A stretch of 62,994 nucleotides of DNA, filler included, from Octopus bimaculoides (lineage: Eukaryota): assembly GCF_001194135.2 (NCBI RefSeq). It is 5 parts of 5 records of this genome, joined end to end, with 100 filler letters (N's around TTAATTAATTAA, not from the genome) between each part and the next. Parts side by side here need not be neighbours in the genome. Positions count along the whole stretch, not along the records: positions 35,872 to 45,060 come from NC_069002.1; positions 45,161 to 60,797 come from NC_069005.1; 3 more parts are not named here. One strand, 5' to 3'. The notes beneath the pieces are model-generated. The model searched no databases and was not told where the DNA came from. It saw only the letters and a list, made by a program, of their open reading frames with translations. Made by a program: the position numbers and the translations under genes. Every line of letters starts with the position of its first letter. Position 1 is the stretch's first letter. Shown piece by piece: positions 41,186 to 52,420 of this stretch.

Positions 41186-42350
41186 GTAAGTGGAGTTTGA
41201 ATCGCAACCCAAGTGATTCACATATACTCACAGACTACGGGAACCTGTTACATGCAATATAACACTATCTGCTCAATGCTTGTGGGGTCAACAACCTAAC
41301 TCACCCTTTACTGGGTTTGAAGTGACAAAAATGTGGATGAAAAAGCTAAAACCTGTTACAGATGAATGATGTTTTTAAGACTGATGGCACCAATCTCTTG
41401 GAGAGAAGGTGGATGCTGCCAAGATTATGAATCCCAATGAATTACTTAAATGGGAGACATACCAATATATAATTCTATACTGGAATGATTGGGGCTTGAG
41501 TTAAATAAGGACCACATTTCTTACTAAGTGTAGTAGGTTGGTGTTAATAGTAATGTTAACAAGAGCCAAAGATCAAGAAGTGTGGTGGGGATGAAGACTG
41601 ATAAAAATTTCAGGTATCCTCATCAAATAAATTCTCTATGAATGTCTTGATTTGATGTTGTCCTATGTAGGCCTCCTTTTCTTAGATAGCTGGAGTGTGA
41701 TTTGTATGATATCTGGCTGCTATTTCTAGCAGACTGAATGACTGCATAAAGGATCCATGGTTTGTAGTTATGAATCCATATGTATAAAGTGCAGTTTTGC
41801 CCTGAGCTGAGTCCAAAGTATTTTATGATACATTTAATGTTATCATGTGACAGAATGTAACGCTTTATTTGTCTTATGGTGTCATCTGCTGGAGACTAAA
41901 CAAAAAGACTAAAACTGCCATCTGTATATCATACTTAATGTATACACACTCTTGATTGACCAGTTACCTCAGTATTTGTTCTGAGATAACATCTCATCTC
42001 TCTCTGATTTATAATGTTTTTAACACAGAACATCCTTAGGGGTTAGCCACATTTAAGTGGCAAATATACTTCACGTTGTCATGCTGCTACTGTTTATACC
42101 TTGTCCTTAAGAGATGTTATCTCAGAATAACTGACCTATTGACAATGTATATATGTTAATTGTGACATATAGATTGCTATTTTAATGAAATACTGCTTCA
42201 GTTGTATATACCAAAAAGTATTGAGTTATGAAAAACCATGAGATTCATTTAACTAGTTTTAGCAAGTAAAATGATATTTAATTAACAAAAATATCAAATG
42301 ATTAACATTTTCGTAATATTTCTTTTGTCGTTTATTTATTTATTTTGCAG

Positions 42351-42423
42351 TTTATTCCAGCATTATTGCCTTTATGAGTATATTTATACTCACATGCAAG
42401 CTGAACAAATCATCGGCACAGAT
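42351..42423 (+). CDS. CABCOCO1: CABCOCO1-like exon D (LFQHYCLYEYIYTHMQAEQIIGTD)
   Basis: 73 nt; LFQHYxLY family signature; ttttgcag| and |GTAAGT. Confidence 0.92.
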
Positions 42424-42549
42424 GTAAGTGTTTGGGAATTTTTTACTAGATCAGTTGCCTAAATTATTGTCGGTATTTATCAATACTGCCTTCTGCTGTG
42501 TTAGCAGTGCTATTATATCACTCGTTGAGGTTATCTCTACACATAAATA

Positions 42550-42892
42550 GTGAAGGCGCATGGCTCCGTGATTAGAGCGTCGAGCTTACAATCATGAGGT
42601 TGTGAGTTCGATTCCCGGACCGGGCTGCGTGTTGTGTTCTTGAGCAAGACACTTTATTTCACGTTGTTCCAGTTCACTCAGCTGTAGAAATGAGTTGCGA
42701 CGTCACTGGTGCCAAGCTGTATCGGCCCCTTTGCCTTTCCCTTGGATAACATCGGTGGCATGGAGAGGAGAGGCTGGTGTGCATAGGTGACTGCTGGTCT
42801 TCCATAAACAACCTTGTCCGGACTTGTGCCTCGGAGGATAACTTTGTAGGTGCAATTCTATGGTCATTTATAGCCGAAGGGAGTCTCCTCCG
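42550..42892 (+). mobile_element. Full-length tRNA-derived SINE, family D, with 11-bp TSD
   Basis: acacataaata at 42539-42549 and 42893-42903; other copies at about 18110-18295(+), 24475-24815(-), 24930-25075(+), 52825-53148(-). Confidence 0.9.
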
Positions 42893-43092
42893 ACACATAA
42901 ATAACCATTTACATATCATAATTAATGTATATATACTGGCAATAGGCCAATTACTATAGTGTCTGTCCTGAGATGACATCTCTTAAGCACTTGCTGTATT
43001 AAAAACATAATTTCTATAATCTCTAAAGAAATTCTCCAGAGATAACCTTAACAAGTGATGTATGAATATATATATACATATATATATATATA

Positions 43093-43327
43093 CAGGGTGG
43101 CCCAAAAGTAGGTTTACAGTTATCATGTAGGCACTTTAAATTTCTTTTAAAACATTTTATTACATTTAAATTTCTATCTTACAAACTGAAAAGGGAGCGT
43201 GACAAAATTAACTAAATTAGCATAGAATAATGGTTTCATTGTTTTTTATAATTAAGATCTGAACTATTAATACATGAATGCGAAAAAGATAGTTGAATAA
43301 CTGTAAACCTACTTTTGGGCCACCCTG
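43093..43327. mobile_element. Tc1/mariner MITE
   Basis: Perfect 31-bp TIR cagggtggcccaaaagtaggtttacagttat; TA on the left flank (right flank TT). Confidence 0.9.
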
Positions 43328-43577
43328 TTTAACAGTACATGTGCAGCCTATGGAAAAGTGTGCCTTCAAGTTGGAGGATTGATATGGCATGTCAAAAGAC
43401 TTCATACTGTGGCACCTGTTCCCTCCACCAGCCAGCACAGTTGTGCATTAAGCAGTAGAATGGGCAAATCTTTGACGAAGCTCAAGAGTCATACAAGGGC
43501 CTCATATTGCATCATCAATGACTTATCTCAGTGATTCTTTCTAGCAATAGCTTTGCTCATATATGAGAAATCAGCTA

Positions 43578-43626
43578 CTATACTATACTATACTATGCTA
43601 TGCTATACTATACTATACTATACTAT
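43578..43626. repeat. (TACTA)n pentanucleotide repeat
   Basis: Seen directly. Confidence 0.9.
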
Positions 43627-44148
43627 ATATATAACAGCAATATTCGTAGCCACCTTAACATGGCTGTCTGTCCGAGCAGACACTAATGCGATTTTTTAAC
43701 CCCAAGATGACATCTCCTCTAGTTGGTTAACGATGCACAGCTGCATCCGATAAAATTGCGAGCAGGGGACTGAACCCCTACCATCTCCTAGCGACAGGAC
43801 CAGTAGACCAGTCCTGGTTTCGGGCTGTTTCTGCCAGTACTGGACACTGCATCTACTAGAGATGATAACAGCTTACTTCTGCGGACAATATATATATATT
43901 TCACAGTCACTGATTTTGCTACAAGCAAAAATGCTAGTTCTAAAATCTCTCTGGGTTTAGAAGACACTTGCCCAAGGTGTCATGCAGTGGGACTGAACCT
44001 AGAACCATGTGGTTGGGAAGCAGGCTTCTTCCCACACAGCCATGCCTGTGCCTAGTTAAAGATTTATGCAAACATTAAAAACACTTGATTGATTTTGAAA
44101 AATTTTGACCATTTTGGTTTTTGTTTCTGCTTCCAAACTATTTTGCAG

Positions 44149-44280
44149 TTAAAAATTGTACCAGTAATTGGCCTTGGCCCATGTTTTGCACCGCCATTAA
44201 TTGAAGCGGTTTTGGAAGATTCTTATGTAAGCTACATTAATCTTCCCCCAGAAACCGAGCTTGAGACTGACAAAGGAGAG
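44149..44280 (+). CDS. CABCOCO1: CABCOCO1-like exon E (LKIVPVIGLGPCFAPPLIEAVLEDSYVSYINLPPETELETDKGE)
   Basis: 132 nt, phase 0-0; resembles recalled human [23 protein letters not shown]. Confidence 0.8.
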
Positions 44281-46096
44281 GTAAAAGGACATTTTTCTTC
44301 TTTTAAAAGGAATTGGCCAGAATTCTTTGGTGGGGCTGGGGCTGGGGTTGTACTTTGGAACAAAACTTTCTTTCCTTTTCTACTTTCTTTCAAAACTTCT
44401 CCTTCCTTCCTTATTACTTCCTTCCTTCCTTCCTTCCTTCCTTATAATTTTTAATTTTTTATGGAAAAAAATGATGGTTTTTTTTTTCCTTATGAGGTTT
44501 TTTCATGCTAACCACTTGATAAATTCTTATAAAGTTTTTATCCTAATATTATATTATGAATAATTAGAATATATTCAGTGCTGAATATTATTCCGTAAAA
44601 GCACATGTACTGAAGTGTAACTTAAAAAGCTCACCTCTTTCATGGATATATAAGGATGAACAATCGTCTATGTACTGTGTTGGGTACATCAGGGTATGTT
44701 GATTTTTGTTATTTTTATGTGTTTTGACCATACGTGTACTGATGAATAAAAGATGCAGTTTACTGCATAGTTTGCTGCATTAATTATGAAACCATTGGCT
44801 TACCGTTAAGTTAAAAGTTTTTAGGTGGTTAGCTTTGAAAATTGCATTCCCTCGCGATCGGTAAAAATGTGTTTATTTTGGTAGTTTTGACTTATGGAAT
44901 CCCTCTAAGCGTGAGGCATTATTGTATAGTAATGCCCTTATATAAATTAAATTATATATTTTTATGGAAAAAATGATGGTTTTTTTTTTCCTTATGAGGT
45001 TTTTTCACACTAACTACTTGATAAATTCTTATAAAGTTTTTATCCTAATATTATATATATNNNNNNNNNNNNNNNNNNNNNNNNNNNNNNNNNNNNNNNN
45101 NNNNTTAATTAATTAANNNNNNNNNNNNNNNNNNNNNNNNNNNNNNNNNNNNNNNNNNNNATCTTTTACTTGTTTCAGTCATTAGACTATGACCATACTG
45201 AGGGACCACCTTGAAGAATTTTGAGTTGAATGGCTCAACTCCAGTACTTAATTTTTTGGTAAGCCTGGGAATTATTCTATCAGTCTCTTTTACTGAACTG
45301 CTAGGTTATGGGGAAGTAAACACACCATCATCGATTGTCAAGTGATGGTGGGGTGTACAAATACAGACACCCGCACATATATGATGGGCTTCTTTCAGTT
45401 TCTGTCTACCAAATCCACTCACAAGGCTTTGGTCGGCCCGAGGCTATAGCAGAATACACTTGCCCAAGGTGCTACGCAGTGAGACTGAACCCAGAACCAT
45501 GTGGTTAGGAAGCAAGAATATATATACATGTGATAAATTCAACATCGGTTGATAAATCATGTTCGACGTATGAAATCTCACCTGGTTGTTGTCTTACCTG
45601 TTTAAAATTTTACCTCAAGATGGGGTTAAGTGTCTGAGCACCCCACAGACATGTGTAGTAACCTGTAACATAGTTCTCAGGGAGATTCAGCATGACACAG
45701 AATGTGATTAGGCTGGGCCCTTTGAAATATACATACAACTTTCCTTTGCTAGCTGAGCAGACTGGAGCACTGTGAAATAAAGTGTCTTGCTCAAGGACAC
45801 AGTGCACCACTGGGGACCTTACGACCGTGGGCCATGTGCCTTCATTTCTACGTTTCAAGTAGAGACATAAGATAGTGGTGGGAAAGGGGTGGGAGAGGAA
45901 TTGAAGATGAGAGGTGAAAGAGAATCAAGAAGGAGAAAGGGAGAGGGGGGAATAAGAGAGAGTAAGGGAGAGAGAGAGTAAGAGATGGTAAGAGAGAGAA
46001 TGAGAGAGAAAAAGAGAGTAAGAATGAGAGAAAATAAGAAAGAAAGGGAATAAGAAAATGAGAGAGAAAGGGAGTACGAGAGTGAAATATACCTAC

Positions 46097-46201
46097 CGTC
46101 CCAATCCCACAATTTGAAGATGTCTAGCAAAGCTGTATTGTTGTTATTGAGGTACAAAGTACGGATGGTTAGATTGGTGATGGTTTTCTCATCTTCTTCC
46201 A
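46097..46201 (-). CDS. MAPKAPK5: MAPKAPK5 exon C12 (VEEDEKTITNLTIRTLYLNNNNTALLDIFKLWDWDG)
   Basis: 105 nt, phase 1-1, ctttggaacag| and G|GTAGGT; aligns to recalled human ENEDEKLNEV...FSWNG. Confidence 0.85.
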
Positions 46202-46436
46202 CTGTTCCAAAGAAAACATGGAGATAAATTTCAGGTTACACATGTAGCACAACATAGAAATTCCAGCAGTCAAAGAACACATCATACCATTTATAATTGA
46301 CACAACTGCAATTGAAGTAAAGATTGTTTGCCAACATAACATGGCAGTCCTGGTTTAGGACGAATGTGGCTGTAATTTAGCCCCAGGAGACATTGTGGAT
46401 TTGGTTGACGGGAACTTTAAAAGCCTGCTGTATATA

Positions 46437-46471
<35 letters not shown>

Positions 46472-46871
46472 GAAACACCGGTGTTTTAATGGTGGCAGCT
46501 GATGAAGGAGATGTTTCTATGTGGCCTGCTTGTTTGTTGTACCTTGTTTATCATTTTGTCCATGTTCTTTTGCCACATCATGTACCCAGATATGCATCTA
46601 TATGTACATGTAGATGAAGGTATGTACATACATGTATATATATATGCATATACTCATATNNNNNNNNNNNNNNNNNNNNNNNNNNNNNNNNNNNNNNNNN
46701 NNNNNNNNNNNNNNNNNNNNNNNNNNNNNNNNNNNNNNNNNNNNNNNNNNNNNNNNNNNNNNNNNNNNNNNNNNNNNNNNNNNNNNNNNNNNNNNNNNNN
46801 NNNNNNNNNNNNNNNNNNNNNNNNNNNNNNNNNNNNNNNNNNNNNTATATATATATATATATATATATATA

Positions 46872-47066
46872 TTTCGTGCGGGTGACACGTAAAAGCACCC
46901 ACTACACTCTCTGAGTGGTTGGCGTTAGGAAGGGCATCCAGCTGTAGAAACTCTACCAGATCAGATTGGAGCCTGGTGTTGCCATCCGGTTTCACCAGTC
47001 CTCAGTCAAATCGTCCAACCCATGCTAGCATGGAAGGCGGACGTTAAACGATGATGATGATGATGA
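46872..47066 (+). mobile_element. RTE 3'-tail repeat copy
   Basis: Nearly identical to 47423-47609 and to the reverse complement of 51299-51497. Confidence 0.88.
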
Positions 47067-47141
47067 TATATATACACAGCAGGCTTCAAAGACACTGCAG
47101 TAGAGAACTGTGAAAGAGTCTTGATAAATTAGAAATCTTAC

Positions 47142-47263
47142 CTGCTGAGGGCAGTATGCAATACGCTATGATATCACGAAGGGCCTTCAACTTAATGTTC
47201 TCTGTGTTATTCTTCGTTACTGTCCTCACGAGCTTCTCTGTCAACTCACTTTCAGATTCATTC
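47142..47263 (-). CDS. MAPKAPK5: MAPKAPK5 exon C11 (RNESESELTEKLVRTVTKNNTENIKLKALRDIIAYCILPSA)
   Basis: 122 nt, phase 2-1; LRDIIAYCILP resembles recalled human LRDVIAQCILP. Confidence 0.92.
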
Positions 47264-47319
47264 CTGAAATAGTGGGAAAACAATTTCATTTCAGACACAC
47301 CAACACACACACACACACA

Positions 47320-47609
47320 TATAGAATGAAGTCTGGTGCAGCCTTCCAGCTTGACAGTCCTGGTCAAATTGTTAGACCCGTGCCCCTGGACTGGCTCTTG
47401 TGCGGGTGGCACATAAAAGACACCATTTCGAGTGTGGCCGTTTTCGTGCGGGTGACACGTAAAAGCACCCACTACACTCTCTGAGTGGTTGGCGTTAGGA
47501 AGGGCATCCAGCTGTAGAAACTCTGCCAAATTTAGATTGGAGCCTGGTATTGCCATCCGGTTTCACCAGTCCTCAGTCAAATCGTCCAACCCATGCTAGC
47601 ATGGAAAGC
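47320..47609 (+). mobile_element. RTE 3'-tail repeat copy
   Basis: As above; older copies at about 36270-36470, 39020-39190, 50310-50455, 53725-54010, 57330-57690. Confidence 0.88.
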
Positions 47610-48125
47610 NNNNNNNNNNNNNNNNNNNNNNNNNNNNNNNNNNNNNNNNNNNNNNNNNNNNNNNNNNNNNNNNNNNNNNNNNNNNNNNNNNNNNNNNNNN
47701 NNNNNNNNNNNNNNNNNNNNNNNNNNNNNNNNNNNNNNNNNNNNNNNNNNNNNNNNNNNNNNNNNNNNNNNNNNNNNNNNNNNNNNNNNNNNNNNNNNNN
47801 NNNNNNNNNNNNNNNNNNNNNNNNNNNNNNNNNNNNNNNNNNNNNNNNNNNNNNNNNNNNNNNNNNNNNNNNNNNNNNNNNNNNNNNNNNNNNNNNNNNN
47901 NNNNNNNNNNNNNNNNNNNNNNNNNNNNNNNNNNNNNNNNNNNNNNNNNNNNNNNNNNNNNNNNNNNNNNNNNNNNNNNNNNNNNNNNNNNNNNNNNNNN
48001 NNNNNNNNNNNNNNNNNNNNNNNNNNNNNNNNNNNNNNNNNNNNNNNNNNNNNNNNNNNNNNNNNNNNNNNNNNNNNNNNNNNNNNNNNNNNNNNNNNNN
48101 NTATATATATATATATATATATATA

Positions 48126-48335
48126 TATGAAGGGGTGTTGATAAGTTCCTGGCTTTAAGGGTGTCGTGAAAGGCCTGGTTAGAGGCCCAACCTTCCAAGT
48201 TCTTTTACAGGGCTTAGAAAAACTGAAGGATCGCTGCAATAAGTGTGAATCTGAGAGGGGAATATGTTGAATAAAATCATCATTAACAGATCTTCCTCTA
48301 TTTTCTTTTACCCAAAGCCAGAAACTTTCTAAGCA
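48126..48335 (+). mobile_element. Mariner-derived MITE, same family as 36881-37097
   Basis: gaggggtgttgataagttcctggcttt ... aaagccagaaactttctaagca; same ...GEYVE* remnant. Confidence 0.8.
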
Positions 48336-48480
48336 GATCAAGTAACCCTGTAGAGACTCCCTCAATGGTCCAACGGTGTTGGTGATATATGCCTGTGTGT
48401 CCTAAACATCTCGGAGGGAAAAACTCCCATGAAAATATATAGGAAAGAGTGAAGAAAAAGAACTTGAATTAGGTAGGAAG

Positions 48481-48880
48481 TGGGTAGTGGTGGTAATGAT
48501 GGTGGTGGTGGTAGTAGTAGTGGTGATAATGGTGGTGGTGTTGGTGGTGGTAGTAGTGGCGATAGTGGTGGTGGTGTTGGTGGTAGCAGTGATAATGGCG
48601 GCGGTAGTAGTGGCGATAATGGTGGTGGTGGTGGCAGTAATGGTGGTGGTAGTAGTGGTAATGGTGTTGGTGGTAGTGGTGATGATGGTGGTGGTGGTGA
48701 TGTTGGTGGTGGTGGTGATGTTGATGGTGGTGGTGTAGTAGTGGTAATGGTGTTGGTAGTGGTAGTAGTGGTGATAATGGTGGTGGTAGTAGTGGCAGTA
48801 ATGGTGATGATCATGGTGTTGGTAGTGGCACTGGTAGTGGTGGCAGTAGCGGTAGTGGTGGTGATGGCGGTAGTAGTGAC
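48481..48880. repeat. Degenerate (GGT/AGT/GAT)n low-complexity tract
   Basis: Seen directly; similar tracts at ~50505-50650 and ~50860-50940. Confidence 0.92.
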
Positions 48881-48890
48881 GGTGACTCAC

Positions 48891-49018
48891 CTGAGCTGTC
48901 TCTTCTGTATGATGGGGTTCGTGACGTCCTCGATTGGTTTCAACTTCACGTGGTTCGCGGACTGACGCATCGTAGACAGATAATCAGAATGCACCATTTT
49001 GATGTCCTCGTGGACGGT
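48891..49018 (-). CDS. MAPKAPK5: MAPKAPK5 exon C10 (TVHEDIKMVHSDYLSTMRQSANHVKLKPIEDVTNPIIQKRQL), NES/NLS region
   Basis: 128 nt, phase 0-2, AG|GTGAGT; LKP....NPI..KR pattern of MAPKAPK tails. Confidence 0.92.
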
Positions 49019-49479
49019 CTACGGCGATAGAATTGACACCGATAAGAAAAACAAACAACACCAAGAACAAACAAAAAAATAAAAATATTCACAACAATCC
49101 AGGCAGTAACAATAACAACAATTGCTACAATCTTTTATCTTTTATTTGTTTTTAGCCATTAGACTGTGGCCATACTGGGGCACAGCCTTGCAGAATTTTT
49201 AGTTAATTGAATCAACTCCAATATTTATTCTATTTGTCTCTTTTGCTGAACTGTTTAGTAACAAGGATGTAAACACACCGACACCGGTTGTCAAGTGGTA
49301 GTAGAACACACACATACAATGGGCTTCCTTCAGTTTCTGTCTACCAAATCTACTCACAAAGCTTTGGTTGGTCCACAGCTATAGTGAAAGAGACATCACC
49401 TAGGGGACACGCAGTAGGACTGAACTCAGAAGCATGTGGTTGGGAAGCAAGCTTTTTATCAAACAATTACACCTGCACC

Positions 49480-49527
<48 letters not shown>

Positions 49528-50128
49528 GGTTGTTTTAGTTTCCGTCTACCAAATCCACTCACAAAGCTTTGGTAGGCACAAGGCTATAGTAGAAGACACT
49601 TGCTCAAGGTGCCACGCAGTGGAACTGAACCCAGAACCATGTGGTTGATAAGCAAGGTACTTACCATACAGCCACTCTACAATGGACTTCTTTCAGTTTC
49701 CATCTACCAAATCTACTCACAAGGCTTTGGTCGGCCCAAGGCTATAGTAGAAGACATTTGCCTAAGGTGACACCCAGTGGGACTGAACCCGGAACCATGT
49801 GGCTGGTAAGCAAGCTATTTACCACACAGCCACTCTTGTGCCTATATTGGAATTTGTAATAGACCTAAATGAATTTAACTTCTTGTACTTTTGAAGATGT
49901 TCTTTAGGATAACGTGAAATATTGTACTTCAGATAGAATAAAGTAAAATATAGCTGTGAATAAAAGGTGCGTAGATTATGAATTTTGATTGAAGGGATGG
50001 GGACTCGAAACAAAAAGTTGCAGGGGGGACTCTAAAAGTCAAGCGATGGAGCTGACCATGTGGCCACAAAGTGAGTTTCTTTACCACATGGTTATGACTA
50101 ATTAACATTACTTTACTGATTAACTTAC

Positions 50129-50246
50129 CTTGTTGGCTATTATACATGGAGATTGGAGAATGGTGTCTGGAGCATTCTCATTCAGCCATAGAGTTTGCTC
50201 CAGCTGGCCAACGGTCATTCTCTGGGCAGGATCAACATGTAGCAAG
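50129..50246 (-). CDS. MAPKAPK5: MAPKAPK5 exon C9 (SLLHVDPAQRMTVGQLEQTLWLNENAPDTILQSPCIIANK)
   Basis: 118 nt, phase 2-0, ctttattcag| and AAG|GTAAGT; subdomain XI Arg present. Confidence 0.93.
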
Positions 50247-50968
50247 CTGAATAAAGGCAAAAAAAAAAAAAAAAAAAAAAAAAAGAAGGGTGAATGCTTG
50301 CATCACCAACATCATCATCATCATCATCATCATCATTTAACATCCAATTTTCCATGCTGGCATGGGTTGGATGGTTTGACATGGAGCTGGCCAGGTAGAA
50401 CACTGCACCAGACTTCACTGTCTGTTTTGGAATGGTTTTTGTGGCTGGATGGCCATGTAAAAAAAAAAAAAAAGTAATAAGTAGATGCATACATTTGAGT
50501 GAGTGCAGTGATAGAAGTGGTGGTGGTGGTGGTGGTAGTGTTGTAGTTGTGGTTTTGTTGCAGCTACTGGTGATGGTGACTGTGGTGGTAGGAGAAGGGT
50601 AAATATGGTGGTGGTAGGTGATGATAATGCTGCTGTTGATGATGATGATGATAGCGGGAGTCTAGGACATTTATCCCCCATGGATGATACCCCACCCGCT
50701 AAAGACAACAGATAATAACTTAAAGCTTCTTAATATATTGGAGAGGGGGTATTTAACCAGGCAGTGGGGAGTAATTGTCCTAGGAGGTAGTTGTTGTTGG
50801 CAGGGGGGGAACTGTCCCATGGGGGTAGTTGTCCTGATACAGATAGGGGTGATAGCAATAGTAATGGTGGTTATGTTAAGAGAATATACAACCACTGTGA
50901 TGATAGTGGTGGTGATGTTGGTGGTGGTGGTGGTGATTGTATCTCTCCTCGAATTATATATGACTTAC

Positions 50969-51156
50969 CTCTGTACAATGTCCTTAGCCGAATTTGAGAT
51001 GAACTCCCAGTCCTGTTCTGGGAATTCGTACTGCCCAGTGAGGATTTTCCGACGCATTGCCAAGCTTAGTGGACGCGAAGGAGTTTCTGAGTAAAACGGG
51101 GGATAACCACACAACATTATATACAGGATCACTCCAAGACTCCACATATCACAACT
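50969..51156 (-). CDS. MAPKAPK5: MAPKAPK5 exon C8 ([62 protein letters not shown])
   Basis: 188 nt, phase 0-2; kinase subdomains IX-X. Confidence 0.97.
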
Positions 51157-51287
51157 CTGTATTTAACAAAGAAAGCAAGAAAGCAGATGATTAAAGATTA
51201 ATGACTGTAGTTGAGCGATTGAAAAAATGGTTTCAAACTTATCTAAGTAGTCTGGTGTGTATATATATATATATATATCATCATCAT

Positions 51288-52100
51288 GATCATCATCATC
51301 GTTTAACGTCCGCTTTCCATGCTAGCATGGGTTGGACGATTTGACTGAGGACTGGTGAAACCGGATGGCAACACCAGGCTCCAATCTAATTTGGCAGAGT
51401 TTCTACAGCTGGATGCCCTTCCTAACGCCAACCACTCAGAGAGTGTAGTGGGTGCTTTTACGTGTCACCCGCACGAAAACGGCCACGCTCGAAATGGNNN
51501 NNNNNNNNNNNNNNNNNNNNNNNNNNNNNNNNNNNNNNNNNNNNNNNNNNNNNNNNNNNNNNNNNNNNNNNNNNNNNNNNNNNNNNNNNNNNNNNNNNNN
51601 NNNNNNNNNNNNNNNNNNNNNNNNNNNNNNNNNNNNNNNNNNNNNNNNNNNNNNNNNNNNNNNNNNNNNNNNNNNNNNNNNNNNNNNNNNNNNNNNNNNN
51701 NNNNNNNNNNNNNNNNNNNNNNNNNNNNNNNNNNNNNNNNNNNNNNNNNNNNNNNNNNNNNNNNNNNNNNNNNNNNNNNNNNNNNNNNNNNNNNNNNNNN
51801 NNNNNNNNNNNNNNNNNNNNNNNNNNNNNNNNNNNNNNNNNNNNNNNNNNNNNNNNNNNNNNNNNNNNGGGTCTTCTCACGCACAGCACATTTCCAAAGG
51901 TCTCGGTCAGTAGTCATCGCCTCGGTGAGGCCCAATGTACGAAGGTCTTGCCTCACCACCTCAGCCCAGGTCTTCCTGGGCCTACCTCTTCCACGGGTTC
52001 CCTCAACTGTTAGGGTGTGGCACTTTTTCACGCAGCTATCCTCATCCATTTTCACCACATGTCCATACCAGCGCAATCGTCTCTCTTGCACACCACAACT
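51288..52100 (-). mobile_element. 5'-truncated RTE-clade LINE (ORF C-terminus + 3' UTR + (ATG)n tail; N gap inside)
   Basis: RRLRWYGHVVKMDEDSCVKKCHTLTVEGTRGRGRPRKTW is a typical RTE C-terminus. Confidence 0.9.
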
Positions 52101-52204
52101 GATTATATATACACACACACACACACATACATATGTATACATACAGTTCTATATTTAAGAGATGAGGAATTATGGACATTATTTACATTTGACGGATATT
52201 TAAA

Positions 52205-52420
52205 AAAATAGACAGAGAACACTGGAAAATACGAAGACTAAAAGCAGCACATATGCTAGGACACAACAACCTCCTAAGCAGGCTGAGTGCAGATATGAGC
52301 AGCATATGGGAACCGGTATTAAGGAAGGATAGGAAAATACTACTCAAAATCTTGGAATTTCCAAATGAAGGATCCACCACCGGATGCCGCTTGAAGTCAC
52401 ACCCAGGACAATAAAAATGC
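52205..52420 (+). mobile_element. Penelope-like element 3' fragment
   Basis: IDREHWKIRRLKAAHMLGHNNLLSRLSADMSSIWEPVL resembles the region after the Penelope GIY-YIG domain. Confidence 0.6.

Noticed and set aside
45578-45597. Possible MK5 last exon GKTTTR*
   Set aside because: Phase fits, but the acceptor is weak, it sits at a SINE edge and has no similarity to the MK5 C-terminus.
45855-46096. Hydrophobic extension of exon C12 in the ORF track
   Set aside because: Read-through into a CT-rich intron past a good donor.
48362-48965. Gly-rich, His-rich and Pro-rich ORFs
   Set aside because: Translations of an intronic trinucleotide tract; only 48891-49018 is a real exon.
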